From an uncultured Bacilli bacterium (lineage in GTDB: Bacteria > Bacillota_I > Bacilli_A > ML615J-28 > CAG-313), in NCBI GenBank assembly GCA_949879765.1, contig CATLBQ010000007.1, forward strand, positions 2,266-66,265: a DNA stretch of 64,000 nt, written 5' to 3'. The translations under genes were made by a program, and so were the position numbers. Position 1 is the first letter of the stretch, and every line of letters starts with the position of its first letter. Shown piece after piece: positions 1 through 10,500 of this stretch. Below the pieces are notes generated by a model. The model ran no database searches. It worked only from the letters and a program-made list of their open reading frames with translations, and was not told where the DNA came from.

Positions 1-3000
1 ACTTTCTAACTGATGTTGTGCATTATATGTATAATTGTACTGTTGATTGTTCGCATATATTCTTTTGGTTAAAAAGCTATCTTTTTGATATGTATTTTCT
101 TGCAATGTAGTATCTTGATTTTGAACAGACTGAATATTTCCAAAAGTATCATAGTCCATACTATATTGATGGGTTTGATTTTGTTGAACCCCTATGATAC
201 GCAATTGACTATCATAACCTATATTCTGAGTGATATTTTCAATTTGTTCATCTTGTATTCTCACATAGATGGTTTTGAGTTCATCGGTAATGCCATAAGT
301 ATTGCGAATAACCAGTTGATTAGGATAATTTACCACCGTAACTCTATCTCGCAAGTCATATTGATACGTGGTCGTTTGACCCATTGCATCCGTAGCACTT
401 ATCATATGATGATTTTCATCATATACATATTCTGCTTGCTTTTGCTTGATATTCGCATCTTCTATCCACTGTTTAGTTAAATCATTTTGTTCATTATATT
501 CATTTTGATACATCACCTTTTCATTGATGATTGTTTGAACCGCTCTATGATTGTCATCATATTGATAAATCATATGCTGAAGGGCTTGATCTACTTGTTT
601 GATACACTGATTATGTTCATCATATGTATATCGTTCATACCCATTTTTCCCTTGGATTTGAATAACATTTCCCCTTTAATCATATGCATATTCTAATAAC
701 TCTTCTTTCTTGACCAGTTCGATGGCCGCAACACGAATATCATAGATATGGTGTTGAAACACATGAAATTCAATATTTTGATAATCTACTGGTGCTTTCA
801 TTTTTACACTAACATATTGATATCCTTTAATATAAGGTGTTACTCGTATGTCATAAGGATAATCTCCTTCATCATTTGAAAAAGCAAAGAGAATTTGAGG
901 CATATCTTCTGCTGTACAATATGCTTGTATCAAAAAACGAAGGGTATAGTTATCCCCTTTTTTTCCTTCTACTCCCATCATATATGCCAAGGTTTTATTC
1001 CGATATTGATAAGGATTACATTGACTTACATTTTCAAGTAATAGACAATTGATTGGGCTAGAAAGAGGAAGGGTTGTTATAGGCTCAATCACATCACCTA
1101 CAGACTGTTGATAGAGCTCAAATCCTTTTAATTTTTGAATATCTGCTTGGAAAAAGTATCCTCCATGGATATAATTGGGTTGAAGGACTTCAGGAATATC
1201 CACTACACTTAAATCATCTATTCCAAGACTATAGCCTTCTCCAGAACAAGTGATTCGAATCGTATATATTGTTGTAATCTTATCTTGATAATATGCGTTT
1301 ACTTTAGGAAGCGTAAACTTTTGCCATGCTGTTTCTTGAATTGGTAACGTCGTCGCTGTTAGCGTTTCATTATACTGTACTAATTTTTGAACTGTTTCAT
1401 AAGTTCCACTTGCAACACCTGGTACTAGTACTTCTATATATTGACTATAAGTCCCTATTACTTCTATCTTAATCTCACAATTTATATTCTTTTTCATATG
1501 ATGGAGTCGGTAATATCCACTCAGCACAATTTCTTCATTGGCAGGATCTAATGCTACAGTTTGTTCTATCATTAACTTTTCTGTATCCTTTTTTTGAATA
1601 CGTAAGTATGTGCGATGTTCTTCTTTGATTCGTTCGACACGAGAGTTTTGCTTTCCTTTGATGATATAATCATTTAAAGTATCTTCATCAAAACTACCAT
1701 TTTCTATCCACTGTCTTTTGATACGATTTTGGCTTTGTGTAATCACTTGATGAAAATGAGTATGAGTAGATAAATGATATTGATTAGAACTAACGATATC
1801 ATCTGAATGGAATTGATAAAATGGTCTTCCCAAATGGTCATAATAGTGATATATATTTTTTTCTAAATAACTGATTTGGGTATCCCCTTCGTGGTAATCA
1901 TAATATTTTGGAGTAACATTAGATAATGTATATCCTATACCCACTGATTTTACTTGGTTGTCTTGATATTGTATCCACATTTTTTCTTTGGTTTGTTTGT
2001 GTGATATTATCATTTGATAATATGAATAGGTAATATCTAGTGTTCTATAGGTATAAGAATGAATGGTTTCACCTTGAACAAAATGATATTGATAGGTTAA
2101 ACTACTAAGATTTTGTTTACTATCATATGAAAGAGACAAGCTATCTTTTTGTCCTGTTGTATATAAGCGAATCATTGTTCCTGCTAAATCATAGGAATAA
2201 TGGATACTCTTGCTTTGATTGCTTACTTCTAATAACCTATGGTGCACATAATGAAAAGTAAGGGTTTGATTAGGATAAACAATCTTAACTAAATGGATTT
2301 GTCCATCTGTGTGCTCATAATACCATTTTTCTTGATTTACTTTTTCTACTCTATAACTTTGATTGGTTTTATCATAATACAGTTTATCTTGCGTTTCTAA
2401 ATTGATAAATTCTGCTTGGTTTTGACTGTTTTCAAGATAAAACGTATCTACATATCCTGTAGGATCCTCAATCGTAATTTCTATTTGATGATCTTGCAAT
2501 CGGTAATCATAACTATGTCTCATTTGATTTTTGGTTATTCCTTTTTGCACACCATAGTCTTGATAAATCAAGGATACACCAAAAGAAGATATGCCATCTT
2601 GAACGGTTAATCCTGGATAAAGAATATAAGCATCTTTAGTATACGTATTGACTTGTTGAATTAAAATATCTTTCCACATATTCGTATCTAATGCAAATCC
2701 TTTTCCAATTCCTTTTAGTGATTTGATATAGCCTGATAAATAAACTTTATTGGTAGCATCTGCTGTATAATCAAGTAAAAGAGTGGCATCTTTTGAACGA
2801 ATATGCATCAAAAAAGTCAAACTTTTGTGAGTAGGACTCATATAATCATTTACAAAATTGGTTAAGTCAAAGATAATATCTTTTGTATACCACGTGTTGG
2901 TTTGAATCAATTGCTTTTGAAAAATCGTTTTCCACGTTTGGATGTTTTGGTATAGTTGCATCAACTCTTCATTTGATTTTTCAAATGATATATCGATATC

Positions 3001-3291
3001 AAAATCACAATAGCGAATACTTTCATCATCTATGAGTTCTATTTGCGTATCTTGTTGAATATTGCGATTGCCATTCATTTGCCACTTTAAAATAGAAAAT
3101 CTTTCTTTTTCAGCATAGTTTGCTATGGTTATATTCACCAAAACATATTCGTCAACTTCTCCTGTTCCCTTTGCTTGGTAAATTTGACTTTGATCAATAT
3201 TGATTCTATTTCCTCTAATAAACACTCTTTTAAATCGTAAATTGATTCCTTTGGTTAAATCTACTCCATAATTGCTTTGTACATATCTCAT
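1..3291 (-). pseudogene. Rhs/YD-repeat (WapA-like) polymorphic toxin gene interrupted by an in-frame TAA at 676-678; continues past the left edge
   Basis: The 871 aa ORF ends ...EYAYD*. The same frame continues open for 225 codons to base 1 (RGNVIQ..YTYDEHNQ..YVYDENHHMISATDAMGQTTTYQYDLRDRV..YDTFGNI), which are classic YD repeats. The N-terminal part also has YD repeats (YSYDLAG, YYYDHLGR) and CBM-like NGSFD segments. Confidence 0.85.
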
Positions 3292-3308
3292 TGCTTCCCT
3301 CCTTTTTT

Positions 3309-4118
3309 CTATCTCTTATGGCTAAAGATACATATTCTTTCTTGGATGGCATCCTTGGAAAAAAATAGTGATTCTGATTGAAATATTTTAATGTCTACTG
3401 GTCTTCTACACATAGTGGTCAAATATTTTTTTAACTCTTGCAAATCACAATTGGCTAGGGTATCCACCATAATATCAATATCACTATATTCAGTTTGTTC
3501 TTCTCTTGCAAACGATCCATATAGCCACATATTTTGAATTGAAAATTCAGTTTGAATGACTTTTTGATTGGACTTCAATATTGTGATGAGTTCTTCTCTA
3601 GATAAAGACGCATAGACTTGATTGAAGAAAAGTGATTTTGCTTCACACAGAAATAAAATTTCTTCAATCGATGTATCGACTAGTCCTCTATTTATTTCAT
3701 ACTCAAGTTGCTCTAGCAGTCTATTTCCTATAATAAGTGGCAATTTTTGAAGTCTTAGACGATAGACATTATAAAAAATAGCTGCCATTTCTTTACTATA
3801 TTCACCAAATAGATGTTCTTGGATGATGGAACGAAAATATTGAATAGGGGTCATATCCGTTTCCAAAACCAAGGCGAATTGAGGACTATAGGCAATTTGA
3901 TATTTATCCCAAATACGATGGGATAGTATATTTGCTTGCACTAAATCGGCAAATAAACTAGATAATTGAAAAAAGAATACCTCGATTTCGTCTTCAGGTA
4001 TTCTTTTCCTTCTTAAAATGGAACGAAACTGAAGATATTTTTCTTCTCTTTGATAAAATGGTGCCATGGTATATAGCATTTTAAATATGATTTTGTCATT
4101 TATCTTCATCAGTTTCAT
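3309..4118 (-). CDS. Nucleotidyltransferase (MNT/pol-beta) domain protein with an N-terminal degenerate Fic-like helical domain
   Basis: C-terminal WLYGSFAREEQTEYSDIDIMVD...RPVDI is the GS-x-DxD..D MNT motif. N-terminal HLFGEYSKEMAAIFYN..LPLII aligns without gaps to the Fic motif region. The start may be 4109, 4118 or 4127. Confidence 0.75.
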   Translation of the reverse strand: MKLMKINDKIIFKMLYTMAPFYQREEKYLQFRSILRRKRIPEDEIEVFFFQLSSLFADLVQANILSHRIWDKYQIAYSPQFALVLETDMTPIQYFRSIIQEHLFGEYSKEMAAIFYNVYRLRLQKLPLIIGNRLLEQLEYEINRGLVDTSIEEILFLCEAKSLFFNQVYASLSREELITILKSNQKVIQTEFSIQNMWLYGSFAREEQTEYSDIDIMVDTLANCDLQELKKYLTTMCRRPVDIKIFQSESLFFSKDAIQERICIFSHKR

Positions 4119-4137
4119 CCCCCCCATTTTTTACCAT

Positions 4138-4166
4138 ATTTTAACATATTCTTTTTTTCTTTTCAA
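4138..4166 (-). promoter_or_regulatory. sigmaA-type promoter for the MNT-Rhs operon
   Basis: TTGAAA-17 nt-TAAAAT with an extended -10 TG. Confidence 0.55.
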
Positions 4167-4254
4167 GGGTTTATATTATTTTTTGATAAAAAATAAAAAC
4201 ATTCTAAATCTTTTACCGGAATGTTTTTTGATGTTGTCAAAAATTGTTGCATGA

Positions 4255-4453
4255 TGTAAAGGCTTTGAAGATTTATCATCAATATATCCAAAACAGTATT
4301 TGCACTTTTTGTGACAGGATATATCCGGCCTGCTTGATCCGCATCAGTCAATAGCCCTAGTTTTGACATATCTTGTTGGATGTCATTTTCTTGATAAACT
4401 GAAAGAATAGATTGAACAAATGGGTTATTATAATATTTTTCATTCTGCATCAC
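4255..4453 (-). pseudogene. Internal fragment of an HI0933/YhiN-family flavoprotein
   Basis: LGLLTDADQAGRIYPVTKSANTVLDIL matches the GRxFPxSxxAxxV motif; the N-terminal GxGxxG/GRCN motifs and the C-terminus are missing. Confidence 0.65.
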
Positions 4454-4732
4454 CTACTTTATTTTTATAACTATCAAAGAAAGCATCTTCTAATGCTCTT
4501 CCTTGCATGATATGAACTACTTCATCTCAAATAATCATCTTACCATTGTTGACAAAAAAGTGCCTTACATTTTATTAAAAAGATAAGGGCATAAAGCTGA
4601 GTATATCAGTTTATAAGAAATCCAAAAAGTCACGAAGTGGTGCTTTTTTTCTTATTTTACCTGAAATGTATACGATTTGACTGCATATATTAACTGCTAT
4701 ACTAAATTTTGTTATTAATCATCTTGTAGACA

Positions 4733-4770
4733 AAAAAGGACTACTATTTCATATTAACTAGTAGTCCCTT
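4733..4770 (-). terminator. Intrinsic terminator downstream of the immunity gene
   Basis: Inverted repeat ggactacta/tagtagtcc with a T-tract on the minus strand. Confidence 0.6.
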
Positions 4771-4845
4771 CTATCAACTCAAATTAAAATAACCTAATTT
4801 ACACACAAAAACTTCATTTATTAAGTTTTGTTTTTAACAACAAAA

Positions 4846-5736
4846 TCATTTCATTAAGTTATCAACCAATAAAATATTAAAAGGTTTGTATTCTCCACTA
4901 AAATCACATTTTACTATTCGATTATCAAAATAATGTAATATTTTCTCTTTATACAAGTCCTCAAATATAGCTTTAATATCTAATTCTTTTGATAAAAAAT
5001 CATTATAATCTTTTATTATCAACAAATATGAATTTCTTTTACTACTGGTAAAATCAAACCGGTGATCCCACGCAATTATATAAAAAGAATGATGCTTAAC
5101 ATCTTTATAATAATGGTCGACTGAATATTTTTTTTCTAACTCATGAATATAATCTTTCCATTTTTTACATTTTTTTCCATCAATTTCTATACAAAAAGCT
5201 TCTTTAAATTTATTTTTATATTCTTCCAATTCATTAAAATGAATATGATATATTTTGTTTTCAAATAAACAAGGATCAACTTTTAACTCTATTTGTTTAA
5301 TTTTAGGACCTTCATACAAATTCATTAAAGCCTCTTCAATATCATTACCTAAAAAGTAAAGGACTATATCAAGTCCCGCATATATTTTTCCAGACAATGA
5401 CATCATAAATATATAATGAAAACTATTGCTACCAATCATAACTAGTTTTTCATCTATTGTATTTTCGTATACTTTTTCTCTTCCTTTTTCTATTTCATTA
5501 ATTTTAATACAATCCAAAGTTATAATATCAATTGGATTCTTTTCATATTTTTCTAAATACTTTACAGGGTATTTAAGTTGATGACCATCAAATATTTCTA
5601 AATACTCTAATAATTTATCAAATACTGGCAAATCCTTACTCTTTAAATAAGCAAGCACATTATTAATTTCTTGTTTTTTTTCAATATTAAATCCTTGATT
5701 TTTTAAATATTGCATTAATTTATAAGATATTCTCAT
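4846..5736 (-). CDS. Immunity protein: SUKH-3 domain fused to a barstar-like domain
   Basis: N-half LEYLEIFDG..MIGSNSFHYIFMMSLSGKIYAG..YFLGNDIEEALMNL is SUKH-3-like. C-half IEIDGKKCKKWKDYIHELEKKY..LLIIKDYNDFLS is barstar-like. The ATG at 5736 lies 5 nt after the toxin-tip stop. Confidence 0.7.
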   Translation of the reverse strand: MRISYKLMQYLKNQGFNIEKKQEINNVLAYLKSKDLPVFDKLLEYLEIFDGHQLKYPVKYLEKYEKNPIDIITLDCIKINEIEKGREKVYENTIDEKLVMIGSNSFHYIFMMSLSGKIYAGLDIVLYFLGNDIEEALMNLYEGPKIKQIELKVDPCLFENKIYHIHFNELEEYKNKFKEAFCIEIDGKKCKKWKDYIHELEKKYSVDHYYKDVKHHSFYIIAWDHRFDFTSSKRNSYLLIIKDYNDFLSKELDIKAIFEDLYKEKILHYFDNRIVKCDFSGEYKPFNILLVDNLMK

Positions 5737-5741
5737 TTTAA

Positions 5742-6307
5742 TTATCCACTTACAACGAGTAGAACTCCTTTCATAGTTATTTGACAATTTCTACACATTA
5801 CAGCCATTGTAAAATTTGAAACACGCACAGTAGTAACAACTAAATCTTCCATCTTCGCACCACTATTGAGCGCTGAATTTACTGCATTAAATTCAGCACA
5901 ATTTGCAACTTTTCATATGAGTATATGGTTCCAATAGTTCATTGATATTATTGGCAATGTGACTAGACTCTCCACGATATACTTTTCCAGTTGTCTTGTC
6001 AACAGCAGCAGAAACCATCGTAGGTCTATTTTTTTCATTGATTGTCATTCCTTAACGTGCTTAGTGCAGTTTGCTTAGAAATGTTCGCAAATTTTATTCT
6101 ATTTGCTTTTTGAATTGTATGCGAAATACGAAGACAAGTACTTAATATTGCAAAAAATCCAGTAATAGCAGCAACTCTAATATTAAATATACCTACAATA
6201 ATGATTACTGCAACCATCATTAAACCTATCGCCAATCTTTTCCCATGTGACTTGCCAAAACTTTTTCCACTTAATTTATTCATCAGCAGCATACGTGATT
6301 TCTTCAA
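5742..6307 (-). pseudogene. Frameshifted orphan toxin tip: hydrophobic pre-toxin linker plus YwqJ-like deaminase
   Basis: Joining three frames gives ..AIGLMMVAVIIIVG..//MTINEKNRPTMVSAAVDKTTGKVYRGES..//KVANCAEFNAVNSALNSGAKMEDL..MCRNCQITMKGVLLVVSG*, with CAE and CxxC Zn-deaminase motifs. Confidence 0.75.
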
Positions 6308-6435
6308 ATGTTTCCTATGTATATGTATTATATACTAAATGAACTAGATTCTCAATAGTTAAACTATACAAATTCAAATTATCCTATTAGTATTTCTTGT
6401 CTTACATCTTTTTTATACTGATAAGAAATTGTCTT

Positions 6436-6540
6436 TCAATAAAAGGGAATAAGTAGATTACACTCATCTACAATTGCTTTGAACACAACATCCAAATGCG
6501 TTTTTGGAAAATCCATTACTAGTTTTATTCTACTATTCAT
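6436..6540 (-). other. Small ORF (34 aa) or 5' gene remnant with a strong RBS
   Basis: AGGAGGGAAA directly before ATG; MNSRIKLVMDFPKTHLDVVFKAIVDECNLLIPFY*; the frame stays open 18 more codons after the TGA. Confidence 0.3.
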
Positions 6541-6795
6541 TTTCCCTCCTTTCATGAAAGATGTATATATTTTATAATATTTTTCATTTTATTTTAAATC
6601 TTGTCAATTATTTTTTTTGTACAATAATATTGAATTTTGATAAAAAACATTCAGTTTTGTGAACATTTTATATGCTAAATATATTTCTTAAAAAATTTAC
6701 AAACATTTTATAATATTCACTCGATTTTGATTCCTTTATATTTTTCTAATGCTTTAACAATCTTTTTTCAAGAATTTATATTTTTTTTAAAAATC

Positions 6796-6828
6796 AAAAA
6801 CATCCTGATTTCACAATCAGGATGTTTT
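6796..6828 (-). terminator. Intrinsic terminator of the GHL10-rsuA operon
   Basis: Perfect 14-bp stem aaaacatcctgatt/aatcaggatgtttt. Confidence 0.85.
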
Positions 6829-6829
6829 C

Positions 6830-7525
6830 TTATATTGCAAAGAAATGTTGAATCTTTTCTACTGAAAGTTCTAGGTAATGTCCAACTTCTAAGTTTTTAG
6901 GTAACATAACTGAGCCGATTTGTACTCTTTTTAGTGCAGTTACTTTCCCCCCTAAATAAGCAATGATGCGTTTGACCTCATGAAACTTTCCTTCTGTTAA
7001 AGTCATATATAGATTTTGGTTATCAATTGGTTCTATTTGAGGTGGCAAAAAAGTAGTGCCATCTTTTAAAACAATAGGTTCACCTTGATATGATTTTAAC
7101 ATACCTTCATAGGTCACTAGATACCTTTTCTCAATATGCAAGTGAGGACTAGTTAGTCGATGGGCAAAATCACCATCATTGGTCACTATGAGCATACCTT
7201 CTGTATCTATATCCAATCTACCAACAGGAAATAAAGTTTGAACCAATAGAGGGGGTAAATCTTGAAATAAAGCAAGAATTGTGGGTTGATAGTTATCTTG
7301 AGTTGCACTCACATACCCTTTGGGTTTGTTAAGCAAAAAATAGTGGTAAACTTGATAATGCAATACCTTGTCTTGAAATGAAACTTGATCGTTTATTTCA
7401 TCAACTGCATATTCTGCGTCTTTTACTACAATCCCATTGACTTTGATCTTTTTTTCTTTAATCCAACCCCTTACTTCTTTTCTACTTCCAATATAACAAC
7501 TTGTTAAATATTTATCGAGCCGCAT
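6830..7525 (-). CDS. rsuA: 16S rRNA pseudouridine synthase, RsuA family
   Basis: MRLDKYL S4 domain, NKPKGYVS, PVGRLDIDTEG, EGKFHEVKR. Confidence 0.9.
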   Translation of the reverse strand: MRLDKYLTSCYIGSRKEVRGWIKEKKIKVNGIVVKDAEYAVDEINDQVSFQDKVLHYQVYHYFLLNKPKGYVSATQDNYQPTILALFQDLPPLLVQTLFPVGRLDIDTEGMLIVTNDGDFAHRLTSPHLHIEKRYLVTYEGMLKSYQGEPIVLKDGTTFLPPQIEPIDNQNLYMTLTEGKFHEVKRIIAYLGGKVTALKRVQIGSVMLPKNLEVGHYLELSVEKIQHFFAI

Positions 7526-10500
7526 ATTTTTTGAAAACTACATATGCGATGCTTGCAATAACAGTAATATATATCCACATCACTACTGAACCATTGCAAT
7601 TGCTACATCCTTGAGCAGGTGGCGTAGGTACTATATCTGGGGTTTCTTGATGAATGGACTGAACGATTTTCTTGAAATCGGTAAAGAACTGTTCCATACT
7701 ATCTACATAATGATAGGTATCTATTTGAGCAAATATTTTTTCTTTTTCTAGACCAATACGATCCAATTCTTCTTGAGGATACGCAAGACTCTTGATATAG
7801 TTTGTAATTTTATCCTTGATTTCTTGTCGTTTTGGTACAATCCACTCCTCTACTTCTTGTTGGAATGCAGTATACGCTTGTTGCACTTCTTGAATGATTT
7901 GAGCCCCTTGAATGGCTTCATCTGCTTGTTGAATCGCTTGATTGATGGCATCTTGATAGATATAATCCATGGTTACATTCCATTTATCTAAGGCTTTCAA
8001 GGTATTTTCCTTTTCAAGTGTCAATTTTTCATGATATTGGGTATTGAAACTAGATAAGATATCTTCTACTTCTGATACTGTTTTTGCCTTGGCAAGTTGT
8101 TGTTTGGCCTTGGCAATCCATTCGGTAACTGTTGCATCTGTTGGCATTTCCTTTTGACTGATTTGTGCAATAGCTTGATTGATTGCCTCAGTAATCGCTT
8201 GAATGTATACTTGAACACTATGCTGACAGGCTTCTTGTAGTGCGATGACTTCTTGCTTTGTGCCACAAAGCAAGATATTCGCTACTGTTTTGTCAATCAT
8301 TTGTCCAATATATTCATTTTGAGCATCCGTATACCACTGTTCTTGTAACTGCGATAATGCTACTTGGGCATCTGCTTTGGCTTGTTCTAAAGCATCATGT
8401 GTGGATTCCACTTGTTGGATAAACACAGTTGGATAAGCCCGAATCACTTCAATATCTGCCATTTCATCAATTATAGCTATAGCGTCTTGTTGAGCCTGAC
8501 GAATAATGATTAGTTCTGCTTCATTGTAAGTTAAACCATCAATGAACTTTTGAATGCTTGTTTTAGCCTGATTTTGGGCATTTTCTAGATTTTCAAAGTA
8601 CTCATTAAAGGTAGCAACGACTCTTGTCCAAATGTATTCAATATCAGATACTGAAATAGCCTGGCGAATTTGCTTTTTAAACGCCTCACCTTGTTGAATG
8701 AGTTCTTGATTAATGGCGTCTGAAACATCGTAACTATTGATGAGCGTATCTATTTTTTGAATATAGGTTGTTTGGGCTTGTTCTAACTGTTCTTTGAGCT
8801 TTGTCAAGGTACGAATCGCTTCAAATAATTGATCTTGATTGGTCACTAGTGCTTGATTGGATGGACTCAGTGATTCATATTGGCGTTGTATTGATAGAAT
8901 CAGCTCTTCTTGATCAAATGTAATCGATGTAGGAATTTGATTGATTTGTTCGATGATGTCTTTTACTTCTTGTGGAATCTCAGGCACACCTGATTCTTGG
9001 TCAATATATGCCTTTGTCCCTACTGCTAATTTGGTTGCTGGAACAAATGGAGACCCATTGATTAGACCATCTAAATAACGTGTAATCACAATCGCATCGC
9101 CTGGTGCTAGTGTAATGGTTTGATTTGTATCAAAACCAGTTTGTACTTCTTTTATCTTTTCATTAGAAATAATAAAATAACCATCCGCAGACCCACTTTT
9201 CGATTCATAGGCATCGGTTAATTTCATAGTTAGGGTTTGTTGGGTTTTATTGACATAAACACCTGCGGCAGATATATGAATACAGCGTTCAATTTGAGTA
9301 GGATTGGTAATTTCATGATAATTTGTACCATTCTCATTTCCTGTAATATAAAGCACATATCGGTCCACAATCACACGATGACCTGACCAACCAATGTATC
9401 CACTCGAACCAGGACGATAATTTCCTTTATCTTCTGCACCTATTGCGCTTGGGTCATTGCGATAAAACAACCCTTCTTGATCCATTCTCGTTAATCCTAC
9501 ATTGACTTCAAAAGATTGGCTAACGGTTTTACCACTATGTTCTAATGTAGCAATTAAACCAATTTTCGTTGTGGCTAAATAGTTCTTATATCTAACCCCA
9601 GTTTGTAAATCATACACTTGTTGATCTGATGCATTTTGATAAGATAACTGAATATAGTCTGGTGTAGGTAATATCCGATCTGTTTGAATTTCTTTATCTA
9701 AGTGTTGAATATAATCATTCAAAGTAGCCTCTAAATCAGCAAACGCAGCGAGTTGTGCTTCTGCATCTACCAATTTTTGATAATTGGTTACACTTGCTTG
9801 TTCTGATGGACTTAATAAATTATAAACCATTCGAATATGTTCAATTTGACTTTTATGTTCTAGCGTGATGGTTTGAGGAATTTGCTCAATTAACGCCATT
9901 ACTTCTTCTACTTCTAAAGCAATGGGAACCAAAGCCCCATCACTTATTTCATTTGCTAAATTGACACTAGCTACATAATAATCATATCCAGGGTCTTGTG
10001 CTAAATTGATGGTTGTTTGTTGAGTATACGCATAAACTTGTGAAATATTTTCTTTATTTAACCGACTTCCCTTTGGCACTTGATATACCATATATCCTCT
10101 TGTTTGTTCCACTGGATGCCATGAAAGGGTATGGCTCGTCTTATTATACGTGATTCCTGTTGGATCTACTTCGTCTAATAAAGGTGCATAGTAAGGAACA
10201 ACTGCTCCTGGTATTTTGACTTTCCAGTAATCATTAGAGATGGTATCTACAGCATGAGCAATTGTGGCATTAGAAGTATTGAGTAACGTACTATATTTAT
10301 AAAAACTAGCCCCTTTAAACTCTTTATATTGCCCAGAAATCAATAGTTGCAATTGAACCTCATTTACATTCTTTTTCCAATAAATATTAGACTCTAATGT
10401 CATATATATACCAATACCCGTATATAGATTAACTTTTTTATAGCGTACAGCCCAACTCCACCATCTCACGAGTTCTGCATAACTTGCGGCCTCTTGCTCA

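Noticed and set aside
676-678. Stop-codon reassignment as the explanation for the in-frame TAA
   Set aside because: TAA, TAG and TGA all end well-conserved genes in this window (typA, trkA/trkH, PHP), so the code is standard
85-696. Plus-strand ORFs 85..480 and 487..696
   Set aside because: Antisense shadows of the Rhs reading frame that continues on the minus strand
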